From: Ginglymostoma cirratum
Taxonomy: Eukaryota
Assembly (NCBI GenBank): GCA_024137785.1
Contig: JAHRHZ010000081.1
Coordinates: forward strand, 14,838,929-14,902,928
Direction: 5' to 3'
Length of the DNA stretch: 64,000 bases
Notes under the pieces: model-generated
Told to the model about the DNA's origin: nothing
Databases searched by the model: none
Seen by the model: the letters and a program-made list of their open reading frames with translations, nothing else
Made by a program: the position numbers and the translations under genes
Shown: one piece after another, positions 11,793 to 23,374 of the stretch
Numbering within the stretch: position 1 is the first letter of the stretch
Layout: each line of letters starts with the position of its first letter

Positions 11793-13887
11793 GTTTTTTA
11801 TTCATTTGTGGGATGTGGGTGTCGCTGGCTGGCCAGCATTTCTTTCCCGTCCCTAGTTGCCCTTGAGAAGGTGTTGATGAGCTGCCTTCTTGAACCGCTG
11901 CAGTCCATGTGCTGTGGGTTGACCTACAATGCTACTGGGGAGGAAATTCCAGGATTTTGACCCAGCAACAGTGAAGGAACAGTGATATATTTCCAAGTCA
12001 GGATGTTTAGTGACTTGGAGGGGAACTTGGAGGTGGTTGTGTTCCCAGATGTCTGCTGCCCTTGTTCTTCTAGAGGGAAGTGGTCGTGGGTTTGGAAGGA
12101 GCTGTCTGAGGATCTTTGGTGAATTTCTGCAGTGCATCTTGTCGATAGTACACACTGCTGCTACTGTGCATTGGTGGTGCAGGGAATGGATGCTTGTGGA
12201 TGTAATGCCAATCAAGTGGGCTGCTTTGTCCTGGATGGTGTCAAGCTTCTTGATTGTTGTTGGGGCTGCACTCATCCAGGCAAGTGGGGAGTATTCCATC
12301 ACACTCCTGAAGAGTCACAGATGGTGCTGAACATTGTGCAATCATCGGCAAACATCCCCACTTCTGACTTTATGATGGAGGGAAGGTCATTGATGAAGCA
12401 GCTGAAGATGGTTGGGCCGAGGACCCTACCATGAGGAACTCCTGGAGCTGAGATGATTGACCTCCAACAATTATGACCATCTTCCTATGTGTCAGGTATG
12501 ACTCCAACCACTGGAGAGTTTGCCCCCTGATACCCGTTGATTCCAGTTTTGCCAGGGATCCTTGATACCACACTCAGTCAAATGCAGCCTCAATATCAAG
12601 GGCTGTCACTCTCACTTCACCTCTGGAATTCAGCTCTTTTGTCCATTGAACCAAGGCTCTAATGAGGTCAGGAGCTGTGTGGCCCTGACAGACCCCAAAC
12701 TGGACGTCACTGAGCAGGTTATTGCTGAGCAGGTGCTGCTTGATAGCACAGTTGATGACACCTTCCATCACTTTACTGATGATCGAGAGGAGACTGATGG
12801 GGCGGTAATTGGCCAGGATGGATCAGTCCTGCTTTTTGTGTACAGGACATACTTGGGCAATTTTCCACATTGTCGGGTCAATACCAGTGTTGTAACTGTT
12901 CTGGAACAGCTTGGCTGGGGGAGCGGCAAGTTCTGGAGCACAAGTCTTCAGTACTATTGCCAAAATGTTGTCAGGGCCCGTAGCCTTTGCAGTATCTAGT
13001 GTCTCCAACCATTTCTTGATATCATGTGGAGTGAATTGAACTGGCTGAAGACTGGTATCTATGATGCTGGGGCCACTGGAGGAGGCTGAGATGGATCATC
13101 CACTCGGCACTTCTGGCCGAATATTGGTGTGAAAGCTTCAGCCTTATCTTTTGCACTGATGTGCTGGGCTCTTCTATCGTTGAGGATGGTGATATTTGTG
13201 GAGCCTCCTCCTCCAGTGAGTTGTTTAATTGTCCACCATCATTCACAACTGGATGTGGCTGGACTGCAGAGCTTAGGTCTGATCCATTGGTTGTGGCATC
13301 GCTTAGCTCTATCTGTCACTTGTTGCTTTTGCTGTTTAGTGTGCAAGTAGTCCCGTTTGATGGCTTCATCAGGTTGACAGCTCATTTTCAGGTATGCGTG
13401 GTGCTGCCTCTGGCATGCCTTCCTGCACTCTCCATTGAACCAGGGTTGATCCCGAAGCTTGATGGTAATGGTTGAGTGGGGGATATGCCGGGACATGAGG
13501 GTACAGATTGTGCTGAAGTACAATTCTGCTGCTATTGATGGCCCACAGCACCTTATGGATGCCCAGTCTTGAGTTGCTAGATCTGTGCAAAGTCTGTCCC
13601 ATTTAGCACGGTGATAGTGCCACACAACACAATGGAAGTTATTCTCAATGTGAAGGCGGGATTTCATCTCCACAAGGTCTGTGCAATGGTCACTCTTACT
13701 GATACTGTCATAGATGGCTGCAACTGCAGCTGGAAGATTGGTAAGGATGATGATTGGTAAGTATATTTTTTCCTCTTGTTGGTTCCCTCACCATCTGCCG
13801 CAGACCCAGTCTAGCAGTTATGTTCTTTAGATCCCGACCAGTTCAATCAGTAGTTCTTCTGCTGAGCCAAACTTGGTGGTGGACATT
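11793..13887 (-). mobile_element. CR1/Jockey-group non-LTR retrotransposon, degenerate ORF2, 5'-truncated
   Basis: Minus ORFs include VWHYHRAKWD..DQPWFN, KATGPDNI..LKTCAPELA, QFG..ALDIEAAFD and EYSPLAWMSA. 3' tail 'aagggcaactagggacggg...ccacatcccacaaatgaataaaaa'. Confidence 0.9.
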
Positions 13888-13985
13888 TGTACCTAAGATG
13901 GTGCAGTAAGTGGCGACTTGTAAACTTTTCATTGTACTCATGTGAGTTCATGTGACAGAAAAGCTAATACTAATTCTAGTTTTAA
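13888..13985 (+). mobile_element. 3' tail of the VNTR element interrupted by the LINE
   Basis: 'gtacctaagatggtgc...aaacttttcattgtactc...gttcatgtgacag' is homologous to 4283-4380. Confidence 0.65.
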
Positions 13986-14090
13986 TTTTTTGATTTAATT
14001 AATCTGAAATCCTATCTGCCTGTTCTGGTCATTTGGCAGATAGTAAAAGTCCATACAATGCAAAGAGGAGTAGAGAATTCTTTCAGTAGG

Positions 14091-14244
14091 AGAAATTACT
14101 GCAGATGCTGGAATCTGCCCTGAAAGCAACAAATGCTGGAGATCACAACGGGTTAGACAGTATCCATGAAGACACAGCAAGCTAATGTCTCAAGTCTAGA
14201 TGACTCTTCCGACCCACTGTGATCGCCAGCATTTGTTGTTTTCA
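14091..14244. mobile_element. Inverted-twin pLTR remnant, third family
   Basis: 14121-14153 is inverted to 14211-14244. The left arm is longer and starts at 'gaaattactgcagatgctggaatc'. Confidence 0.6.
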
Positions 14245-14494
14245 ATAGAGCGTTTTCCCAGTTGGATAAGGGTGTAAAGATCACAAAGTGTTAATTACTG
14301 AGGAATGCCTTAAGCACCACTGTTAAACTCTAGGGAGCTGGTGGGAGATCCTTGGTTAGGATCTCAAAGGAGTAAGCCTTAACATCTGGGTCTTCCACAT
14401 AGTCGTTGAAATGTACCAGAGAGCTCATACAGCATGATCAATTGTGAGGATTTTACAACATTTCCAGCTCCTTTGCCAGTATTATTTGGTAGGA

Positions 14495-14972
14495 CACAAT
14501 GACTTAGTGCCAATGTCACAAGACCAATAACTCGTGCCCTAATCTAATGCTTTGTGGGTATGGGTTTAAATCCTACCATGGCAGTTTCTGGGATTTAAAT
14601 TCAATTCATCACAGAATTCTTACAATGCAGAAGGAGGCCATTTGGCCCATTGTGCCTGCAGTGGCCCCTCAAATGAGCATCATTATCCACCTCCTTGTCA
14701 CAATCATTCCCAAGCTAATCTCAATAATAGCAGCCATGAAACTTACATTGATTATTTGAAAGAGTCACATTTTCTTCAGAGCTGGACATCTGCCTTCCTT
14801 ACCAGATCTAACCTAGACATGGGTCCAGAGGCTTCAGATCTGAGATTACGTGGTTGACTCTTAAATGCCTTTTAAAATAGCCTAGCAAACTACTAAGTTC
14901 AAGATTAAGTAGGCATGGGCAACAAATGCTGGTCTTGTCAGCAACTTCCACAGCCTGTGAAATAATAAAGAA
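14495..14972 (+). mobile_element. tRNA-headed SINE sharing the tail of the CR1/Jockey-group LINE, with a nested CR1 tail (~14608-14700)
   Basis: B-box-like 'gggtttaaatcc', body 'ctgccttccttacc...ggttgactcttaaatgcc', tail 'gggcaacaaatgctgg'. Confidence 0.7.
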
Positions 14973-15774
14973 AAGTTTTCCATTCTTCAGAAAGTGAATA
15001 TGAGCTACTTCTGCACTAGCTCACTGCTTTACAGTTCTAGTTGGAAATCTGATGAGAGCCAAATGTTGCCTTTTGTGGGGCAAAGGCCCACACATTAAGT
15101 ACCAGTCAGACACTTCACCAGACCAGACACAGATTTTTATTTCTCTTGGGATGAAGGAACTGGGGGCAGAAATCTTGCCCTTACAAGAGCTGACAGCCAA
15201 TCAAAGGTCAGCTGATATACATTGCTCAGCAGCACCACTGGGAATGATGGTTGGTGCTGGTAGTGTACTCACCAGGATTGCTGAGTGACCTAGGCCACAG
15301 GTGAGTAATGGTGGCATGAGGGTCAGGGAGTGGGAGTCACAGGGGAAGGTGGTCAGCAGCAACGGGAGAGCAGGGGCAGTGACTCTCAGCATATTACTTG
15401 CTCCTTTGCATTGCTGTGTCCCTGGATCTGGAAAATGAGGGACTTTGAATCAGGGAAGTCCCACAAGCATTCCTGACTAGGTTTGATTACTGGGTTTCCC
15501 TCATAGCAAAACCTTTGGTCACCACTGGATGAAGACCAGCAGTAGCAGAACAAGACCCTTAAGTGTCTTAATTGGCTGAGGATTTTCCAATTCGCATTTA
15601 GTCAGAAACAGATTGGAAGACTGGTGGAGCCAGGCTTAGAAGTCCTCCCTATAGCTGCAGAGCCCCCAGTATAGATATGATAACCTAAGAATGAATAGAT
15701 GAAGTGTGCCTTTCAGGCTCTTGAGCATATTTCACCATGCATTATGATCATGGCTAATCTGAATTATAGGATCC

Positions 15775-15955
15775 CTACAGTTTGGAAGGCTATTTGGCCC
15801 AAAGAGTCCATCTGAAGAGCATCCCACCCAACCCATTCCTCCACCCTATCCCTGCATTTCCCATGGCTAATCCACCTAGCCCACATATCCCCAAACACCA
15901 TGGGTAATTTAGCATGGCCAATCCACCTAACTTGCATGTCTTTGGATTTTGGATT
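15775..15955 (-). mobile_element. HE1 (V-SINE) 3' part
   Basis: 'aatttagcatggccaatccacctaacttgcatgtctttgga' is the reverse complement of the V-domain/HE1 body. Confidence 0.75.
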
Positions 15956-15989
15956 GGGGCAGGGGGAACGATCTGACTGTGGCCTAAAT

Positions 15990-16250
15990 TGTTTTTATTC
16001 ATTCAGGGAATCGCTGGCTGGGCAAACATTTATTGCCCGTCCCTATTGTCCTTGAGAAGGTAGTGGTTAGTTGACTTTTTGCAGTCCATGTGCTGTAGGT
16101 ACACCCACATACCATGAGGGAGAGAGTTTCAGGACTTTGACCCATGGATACAGAAGGAACAGTGATATTTTCCCAAGTCAGGAAGCTGAGTGGATTGGAC
16201 AGGATATTTCAGTCGGTGATGTTCCCATGTATCTAATGGCCTTGACTTCT
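15990..16250 (-). mobile_element. 3' end of the CR1/Jockey-group LINE
   Basis: Aligns by eye with 11795-12070. Confidence 0.75.
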
Positions 16251-18344
16251 TGATGCCTGACAAAACATCTGACTTTGTTGTAGTGTGTTTCCCCAACTCA
16301 CTGAACCAATTTGAAGAGAGAGTACCCCCCCCCTCCATTTGCAAGTGGCATCCCTCTCATTAACCTACCAGTGCATTATTCAGTTTATATTGGACCATCC
16401 AGTTTTAGTGACCCGTTCCTTGTCTAGTACCGGGCACTGTTATGTCTGGTATTTTTAATTTGAAACCCAGAACCTTGAATGCTTTCAGTATTTGGCAGAA
16501 ACAAACACTATTCACTTTCCCTGTGACTGCCAAACAAGCTTGATTTATGTGGATACATAAACCTGTGTTCTTCACTGATTGGTGTACCTCATTGTCCCTA
16601 TCTTCTTCTGTTTTTCAGTCTTGTGGTTCCCCCACCTCTTACTGATTGTGACCATGGACCAGGAATAACTTGTAACACATTGGGATCCTGCAATGCTCAA
16701 AGCAGGTCTTGTGGAGCAGAGAATGGCATCCTGCATCTGATCCAGAAGTTCTAGCTTCGATTCCCACTCCAGACGTTTTGACCATGGAATGTCTGTTCAT
16801 AATGTAGCTAAACAGGCTAAGCATCTACTTCTATATCTTTCTAACACATGTCATTAGCAGACTGTAAAAGTGGTCAAGTATTCTGGTCAGCTGTGTGTTA
16901 GAAAGAAATTAGAACCTCTCCCATTACAGTTAAATGTGTGTGTTGCCTGAGCAACTGGGACTCCTTTGGATGGGGGTGGTGAAGGGTGTTGGCATTGGTT
17001 GAGATGGCTGGATGGCCAGTGTTGATTAGATTGGTGCCAACCATCGGTGTTTTCAATCAGTGAGCTGCCTAGGGTGGAGTTGAGATCTGCCTCTTTGCCT
17101 GCCCATGGCAGAGGTTGTGCTGCATTGAGTCAGAACTGCCTTTGAAGAAGAACATGCTAAACATTTGGTTGTCATTCAGGTACTTCTCCTAGTTTTAAAC
17201 TTAATCTTCCCTCCTGCTCATCATGCCGTATGACCTAGATGGTAGATTTGTTGCCACCATTCTCTTTCCTGGTAAGGATCTACAGGGCCTAATCTGATGT
17301 GGTAGAGAATAACCCCTTGCTTATCTGATCGGATTGCGGTAAACAATATATAGTTTATCACATGATTGCAAAAGATATAAGTTGCATATGTGCATTAGAC
17401 ATTGTTACAGAGGCTATGAGGGAGACACAGATAGTAGGTCTTTCTCCTTTGAGATCCAACGCTGTTCTCCCACCAAGTCCACATAACATCATTGTAGTGG
17501 GTGATGATTAAGATGCACCTTGATATTAACCTTTTCAGACCTTTACACTCTCATACAACACTTTGTTGTGTTTATATAAACTGGTCAAAAATATACCAGG
17601 TCATGCAGAGACACATTATATTATTTCATGTAGAGTTTGTTTTTCAAAACTTATTTTACTTTAACATTTGTTCATTCTGTCATAACTTGCAGTTGTATTG
17701 GATTGACTCAATGCTCAGAATTTTTTATGATAAAGTTTATTGAAGGATAACTTGTCTGTCTGTTCAGCAATGTTTTCATGTGGAACATGTATCATGAGTG
17801 TGAGAGTTGGCAGGGGAGTGTCTCATATTACTGAGCACAGGCAACAGTCACCCTGATTTGCTCTACCTGCTTTGAGATTCTGCTTGCCATCTTTGACTAA
17901 ATCGGGAACCTGAAGCTTAGTCCATTAATTGACTATCATGGGGGAAATCACAACGAATGACTGCTTCTTGCAAAGCCTAGGCATCTAACCCCTATTTCAG
18001 TTTGCTGGTGTGGTTGAGAAACCCTCAGCGAAGGTCCTACCCTTTCCCTCTGATTCTGTCTCTGCAGATGCTGTCTGACCTGTAGAGTGTATCCAACAGT
18101 TCTTGTGTTTTAGATTTTTGATAGCCAGTGTTTTGCTTTTGTATTACCTGGTTCTGAGTGTGTACGTGAGTATGAGTTTTATTTCCAAAAGTTGATAACA
18201 TTTATTGATGTCAAATACATGATGTTCAAAGCTAACATTACATAAGGTACAAAACCGAAACTCAGTTTTTCTCCACTGTTGCGTTATTTTTACAAGTACG
18301 ATTACAATTTCCAGGACTCATTGTAAACTAAAACCCGGGGGAGT

Positions 18345-18468
18345 TTTTGATGCTGCCTATTTCTGCCCTGTATCTTTCCAGATTTGGTTTGCATCTGGAG
18401 CAGATGGGATTTGAACCCAGGCCTGCTGGCTCAGAGGTAAAGACACTACCACTGCAGCAAAAGAGCCC
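18345..18468 (-). mobile_element. tRNA-derived SINE (relatives at ~16700-16940 +, 40570-40695 -, 59560-59780 +)
   Basis: Head 'gcagtggtagtgtctttacctctgagccagcaggcctgggttcaaatccc' with A/B-box-like motifs. Confidence 0.65.
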
Positions 18469-18477
18469 AACGTATGA

Positions 18478-18601
18478 TTTCTGAAGAAACGCCCCGACCC
18501 AAAACGTCCACTTTCCTGCTTCTCTGATGCTGCCTGGCCTGCGGTGTTCCTCCTCCACTGTGTTATCTCTGACTCCAGCACCTGCAGTTCTTGCTATCCC
18601 C
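18478..18601 (+). mobile_element. Solo PLE pLTR 3' end with degenerate hammerhead
   Basis: ctgaaga-aacgccccgaccc-aaaa-cgtc...tgttatctctgactccagcacctgcagttcttgctatcc. Confidence 0.75.
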
Positions 18602-18727
18602 AACATATTCATGATTGTTCTACCGCCGAGCTTTTGCCTGAATAAAGAATGCACTGTTCCATCAACTTTTTTTGGGGCATTATTGCAATCTGAAGCTGCA
18701 CAGTCTGGAATAGTTTTCATTCATAAT

Positions 18728-19470
18728 TTCGAATTTTCCCGCCTGAGTCTCCCCTGCGGGTTCAATCCCTGGTTGGCTGACACTGTCTGTCGCCCCGCCC
18801 ATTCACCATTAATGACAGCCGCGGCCAATGCCGAGGAGCGATTGGGTAGCCGGCCGCCACCCCCAAACGCTTCGACCAATGGAGAGTCGAGGACCGCCCA
18901 TTGTTCCGTATGGTGACCAATCAAGGCGGACCTATGGGGAAGCGCTCTCTGAATGGCAGACCGGCGGAGTCCCCGGCAGTCGATTGGACAAAGGGACTAT
19001 CCATCTCAGCGGTTGGCGCCCGCGTGGGTGGGTTTTGGAAGGCGGGGTTTGATTGGCGCAGGGCCCGGCAGCAAGGCCCCGCCCAGCGCTGCGCCCCGGC
19101 TGTTGTGCGGAGCGACGGGAAGGGGCAGCTCGAGCGGCGGCAGCGGGGAAAGGGGAAAAGCGAGAGACGGTGAGTCCTGGTCAGAAACTGATTAAAGGAG
19201 GGTGGGGTTAAAAAAAAACCCACAATGGGCGGTGACGGGCTTCATCCCCCTCACCACCAAACACAGCAGGTCGTTGAGCAGGAGGCCTCGGGGCCGACCC
19301 AACGGGACTCCCTTGTGTTTTTCGGATCCCGGGTTGTACCTGAGGCCTTGCTGCTGCCGCCTGAGCCGAAAGGGAAGGACTTCTCGCAGCCCTGGAGTAA
19401 TCAGGAACTACCCTAGCGGGGGAAGGGAGGGGTGTGGGTTGGAAGGTGAGCTCCGAGCTCCACGGGTGGG
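18728..19470 (+). promoter_or_regulatory. CpG-island promoter with NF-Y, Sp1 and E2F-type motifs
   Basis: Strong CpG enrichment in non-repeat sequence. CCAAT at 18825, 18876, 18917 and ATTGG at 18841, 18983, 19052. GC boxes at 18793 and 19041. TTTTCCCGCC at 18734. Confidence 0.85.
19095..19169 (+). other. Probable non-coding first exon (start approximate)
   Basis: Purine- and GC-rich leader after the last CCAAT box, ending in the strong donor ACG|GTGAGT (GT at 19170). An alternative donor AAG|GTGAGC lies at 19446. Confidence 0.65.
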
Positions 19471-19504
19471 GGAACTGGATGTACCCCCGCCTTCCCCAAC
19501 ATTG

Positions 19505-19785
19505 ATGGGGATCCCCTGGTAGAGCTGCTGTACCCTTACACCCCCCCCCAGGGGGCGGGACCCCCTGGGGGAGCGGGGATTCCCACCTCTCCTCCCCCTT
19601 CTCTCCCCCCTCCTCCCCTCCCAGGTGGAGGTCCCCTGGGTGGAGCAGGGTTCCCCCTCTCCAGGTGGAGGACCCCCCCTCGTGGAGCTGGGGTTCCCCT
19701 CCAAGTAGGATGACCCCTGGTGGAGTTTGTGCCCCACCACCCCATGCTCCGGTAGAGGTTCCCTGGTGGAGCTGGGCTCCTCCCT
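19505..19785. repeat. Degenerate ~40-bp G/C-run tandem repeat
   Basis: About 6 recurrences of cccctggtggagc(t/a)gggttccc. Confidence 0.6.
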
Positions 19786-20447
19786 CACCAATTCATTTTG
19801 ATTGTACACTTCACTTTAAAATATTTCCGTATTGCAAAGTGCATTGAAGGCATATCAAATTATTTAGTTTTTAAAAAAGCTATTCTTACATGACAGGGAT
19901 TTAGGAATGCTGGTAGTTATGAATCTGATCCCATACTTGGGTGTAATTTTTAAAGATACAACATATGACCATTTCCTGTGTTATATTTAACTGCATTGTG
20001 CTGTGACTACGTACAAGTCACCTTGTAGCCAGCTCAAGACCTGAACCACTTCGCAACCCAGGAACTGTGTGTATATATAATTAGAGGCCCTTTTTAAAAA
20101 AAAAAGTTGCCTCTGTTTAGTGCACTTCATGACCTCAGGATGTCCTCAAGTCCTCTAGTGTCAAAACAGTGATTTTTCGTTTGCGGTGTAGTTACTATTG
20201 TAACACAGACTATAAAGAGATTGTAAATTTAGGCCAGATATTGGTTTTGGCACTCAATGAACGTCCAATATCCATTCAACAGTTTAAAGCCAGAGGTACT
20301 ACAGCTTGCACAGGATAAGTGAGGGCAAAAGATGAAAGATTTCAAAGGGCAAAATGTTCGTCTTAATTTGTTAGGAGTACATTGGTATGTGTGAGTTTAT
20401 TAGGGAGTAGTAGTGCATTTGGAAAGGTTTGGGGAAAGAGTGTGCCT

Positions 20448-20780
20448 TCGTGGTAATGTGACTGGACTAGTAACCCAGAAGCCCAGACTAATGCTTTGGA
20501 GACATGAGTTCAAATCCTATTGCCCCAGGTGAAGACCTACTTTTCAGATTCAATAGTTAATCTGTGGAATTCTTTACCACAGAGGGCTGTTGAGGCTGGA
20601 TAATGAAGAGTATTCAAAGCTGAGATGAACAGATTTTTAATTATTAAGGGGATCAAAGTTGTTGGGAAAAGGCAAGAAAGTGGGTTGAGGATGATCAGAT
20701 CCACCATGACTTCATTGAATGGCGGAGCAGTCTTGATAAGTTGAATGGCCTACTTCTGTACCTGTATCTTATGGTGTATG
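20448..20780 (+). mobile_element. SINE head (20448-20540) followed by a CR1 3' end (20545-20780)
   Basis: 'gtggtaatgtgactggactagtaacccag...gagttcaaatcc', then 'aatctgtggaattctttacc...gaatggcctacttctg'. Confidence 0.75.
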
Positions 20781-21861
20781 GTTTGTTTTGAGTAATAGAT
20801 TTTCTCTCTGATCCCTCCAGTTAACATGGCAGATCTTGCTAATTTGAAACTGTCTACTAAAGCAAACATTAGCAGTGAAATTCTGGATTAAAGTGTTGTA
20901 CATTTCAGCAAAGCAGAGGTTGTTCTGCCTGACACGCTTGTACCAATTCCACATTAGAGGTGTAAATTCTGTTTCTCAGCTCTTTCCCAGTGTTCCTATA
21001 AATCAAAGCTATTAATCTGAATCCCTCTTAAATGTAATTGAAGCTACAATGAATAATTTGACAACTTTTTTCTGGTTGTATTTACATATGGTTTCTTTTG
21101 TACCGACTCACTTTTGTGGTTATTCTAAAGATACATTAAAATTGACCATGTGTGTAATCCAGTTGAGTCAAATTTGATTGTAAAATCATAGATTTGTAAA
21201 GCACAGAAGGAAATAATTTACCTATCATTCATTTAAAGCCTCTTTGCAAGAACTATCCAGTCCGTTTACTCCCTTGCTCATTTCGCGTTATTCTATCAAA
21301 TATTTCCCTCCAAGCATTTGTTCAATTGGCATTGGAATTTGCTGTTAAAGTTGGTTCCATTGATTTCCCCTTCAGGCAATCCATTCCAGACAATAATAAC
21401 CTGACTTGTAAAGGACCTCCTGACTTTTTTCCAACTGTCTTGAATCTTAACTCAAGATTCCATCACAATATGGGAAATGGGAGCAGGGAGTGAGTCTTCA
21501 ATTAATATTATATAGTAGATCTTCTATCACAGTACCTCCACCTGAGATTATCCCCATATCCTTTGACTTTTTCAATATCCAAAATTCTTTGTGGAAAGTC
21601 TTTATTTACTCTGTGAAAACCACTAATTTTGAACAGCTCAATTAAATCTCCAATTGCTGTTTTCTGGATCTGACTTCCACAAACACAACATATGTGCTAC
21701 TTATGCTGATGTCTTTGTCTGCATTTTATTATGTAAATTTGTAGTTAGGATGAGATATGTGCTTACTCTGTCGATACTAAATGTTGAATACATGAATTAT
21801 TGAGCAGCTGAATTGTGATCCTTAAACCTTGTTAAATAATTTAGATTGCTTCATTTTGTAG

Positions 21862-22013
21862 ACTGCAGAGGATCAAAGATGAGTGGCTTTCAACTTGTGA
21901 ATTGGTGTTGCACAATGTCTTATCCGTCCATCATCTTTTAGTTTTCACAACAGAAGCATTTAGTTGAGTTTTCTTATCTGAATATGGGTATGAGGCTGAT
22001 GCAGGTACAACTG
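21862..22013 (+). other. Candidate second exon (5' UTR with uORF, or first coding exon)
   Basis: Acceptor ttcattttgtag|AC and donor CTG|gtaaat. Contains ATG 21879 (MSGFQLVNWCCTMSYPSIIF-stop) and ATG 21984 (MGMRLMQVQL), which is open to the donor. Lies in repeat-free sequence. Confidence 0.35.
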
Positions 22014-23230
22014 GTAAATGTGAGGCATATTACAAGTTGTTTTTGTTGCGTGGTAAAACCATATAAGCCAAAAGGATTATATCTGAATTCTTATTACATT
22101 TTAATATTGCCAAATATGCTAGAAATGGAATTGCAGTGAAATTTAAAAACTGTCCCATAAAATGTTGTAGTTTGATTTATCTCTCGCTGATATTTATCGA
22201 TTTTATTTCTGTGCTGTAAATGTCTGCTTTATGTAGCAGAATAATGCCTGAACAAAGAATTAATTCTTTACGTGAATGTTGTATTTTCAAATATGAATCT
22301 GTATAGAGGATGCACAGTGACTGGAATTTACTAATACATTTCTATAGTGATTGAGCTCTGTGCACCCTTTCAAATCAGGTGTAAAGTTCATTGTAATTTA
22401 CATTTTCATACACTCTAGGTGTACTGTAAGACAGAGCTAATTAAGCTCTGTATGAAGCACAATGATAACTTTCAAAATAGTGTAAATTGTCTTGTAGTGT
22501 GATCGTAGCATGTAATGGTGATCAGGTGCTTTTAGTACATTGTAGCTGTCAAACAGGATTCTGGTATGTTGAGATATAATCTTGTCAGTTTTCTCTTGCC
22601 CTGTATTTAAAAAGGAGAAATTTGTGGTCTCTGTCACATGTGTAGTTTAAGATTATAAGCAGTGCTTTTGTTGTTTTTGATTCTAAACTAAGACTCTACC
22701 AGTGACGGATGTTTAGTCTTCAATGTTTTCTGCTCTTGTCTTTACTTCTGGATTGTTAGTAATTTCCATGCACAAAAATGATTGAAAAGATTTGGTTGGT
22801 TCTGTTTAACGACAGAAATGACTGCTCAAATCTAAACAACAAAAGTCTGGGTAGACAGAATCTGTGGAATGACACGCAGGGTCCCTGTTTCAGGTGGCGT
22901 TTCTTTCAAAGTGGAAAGTTGTTTGTAACATTTTGTGTTTTTTAACTTCAGTTTTGATTTTGTCAGTTTGAAAGCCTGCAATTTATGCTGTGTACTCGTA
23001 GGAGAAACACTTAGTTGTAAGTTGCTGTTATGTCAGCTACACAATTTGTTTGGTCTTCATTAAAGTTTTCAGGCATCAGCATGTTCATTTATGATTTCAT
23101 ATGTTTGATGCCTGGAGGTTACGTTTAACTGCACTGTTTTTACATGACCTTGCACTTTGTACAGAAATGCAGCAATTTGCATTGGAGCAGCTTCATCTAT
23201 AAAACATAACTTGCAAGGAGTTATGAGTGA

Positions 23231-23374
23231 GGACTTGACGTTTCGGGCCTAAACGGTTTAGGCCCGAAACATCAAGTTTTCCTGCTCCTATGATGCTGCT
23301 TGACCTGCTGTGTTCATCCAGCCCCATGCTTGTTATCTCGGATTCTCCAGCATCTGCAGTACCTTTTATTTCTG
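23231..23374. mobile_element. Miniature inverted-twin PLE pLTR
   Basis: Palindrome acttgacgtttcgggcctaaac-g-gtttaggcccgaaacatcaagt. TSD aaggagttat(g/a)agtga at 23215-23230 and 23375-23390. Confidence 0.85.

Noticed and set aside
18721-19847. Cluster of overlapping ORFs at the CpG island
   Set aside because: Expected from high GC content, with no recognisable protein.
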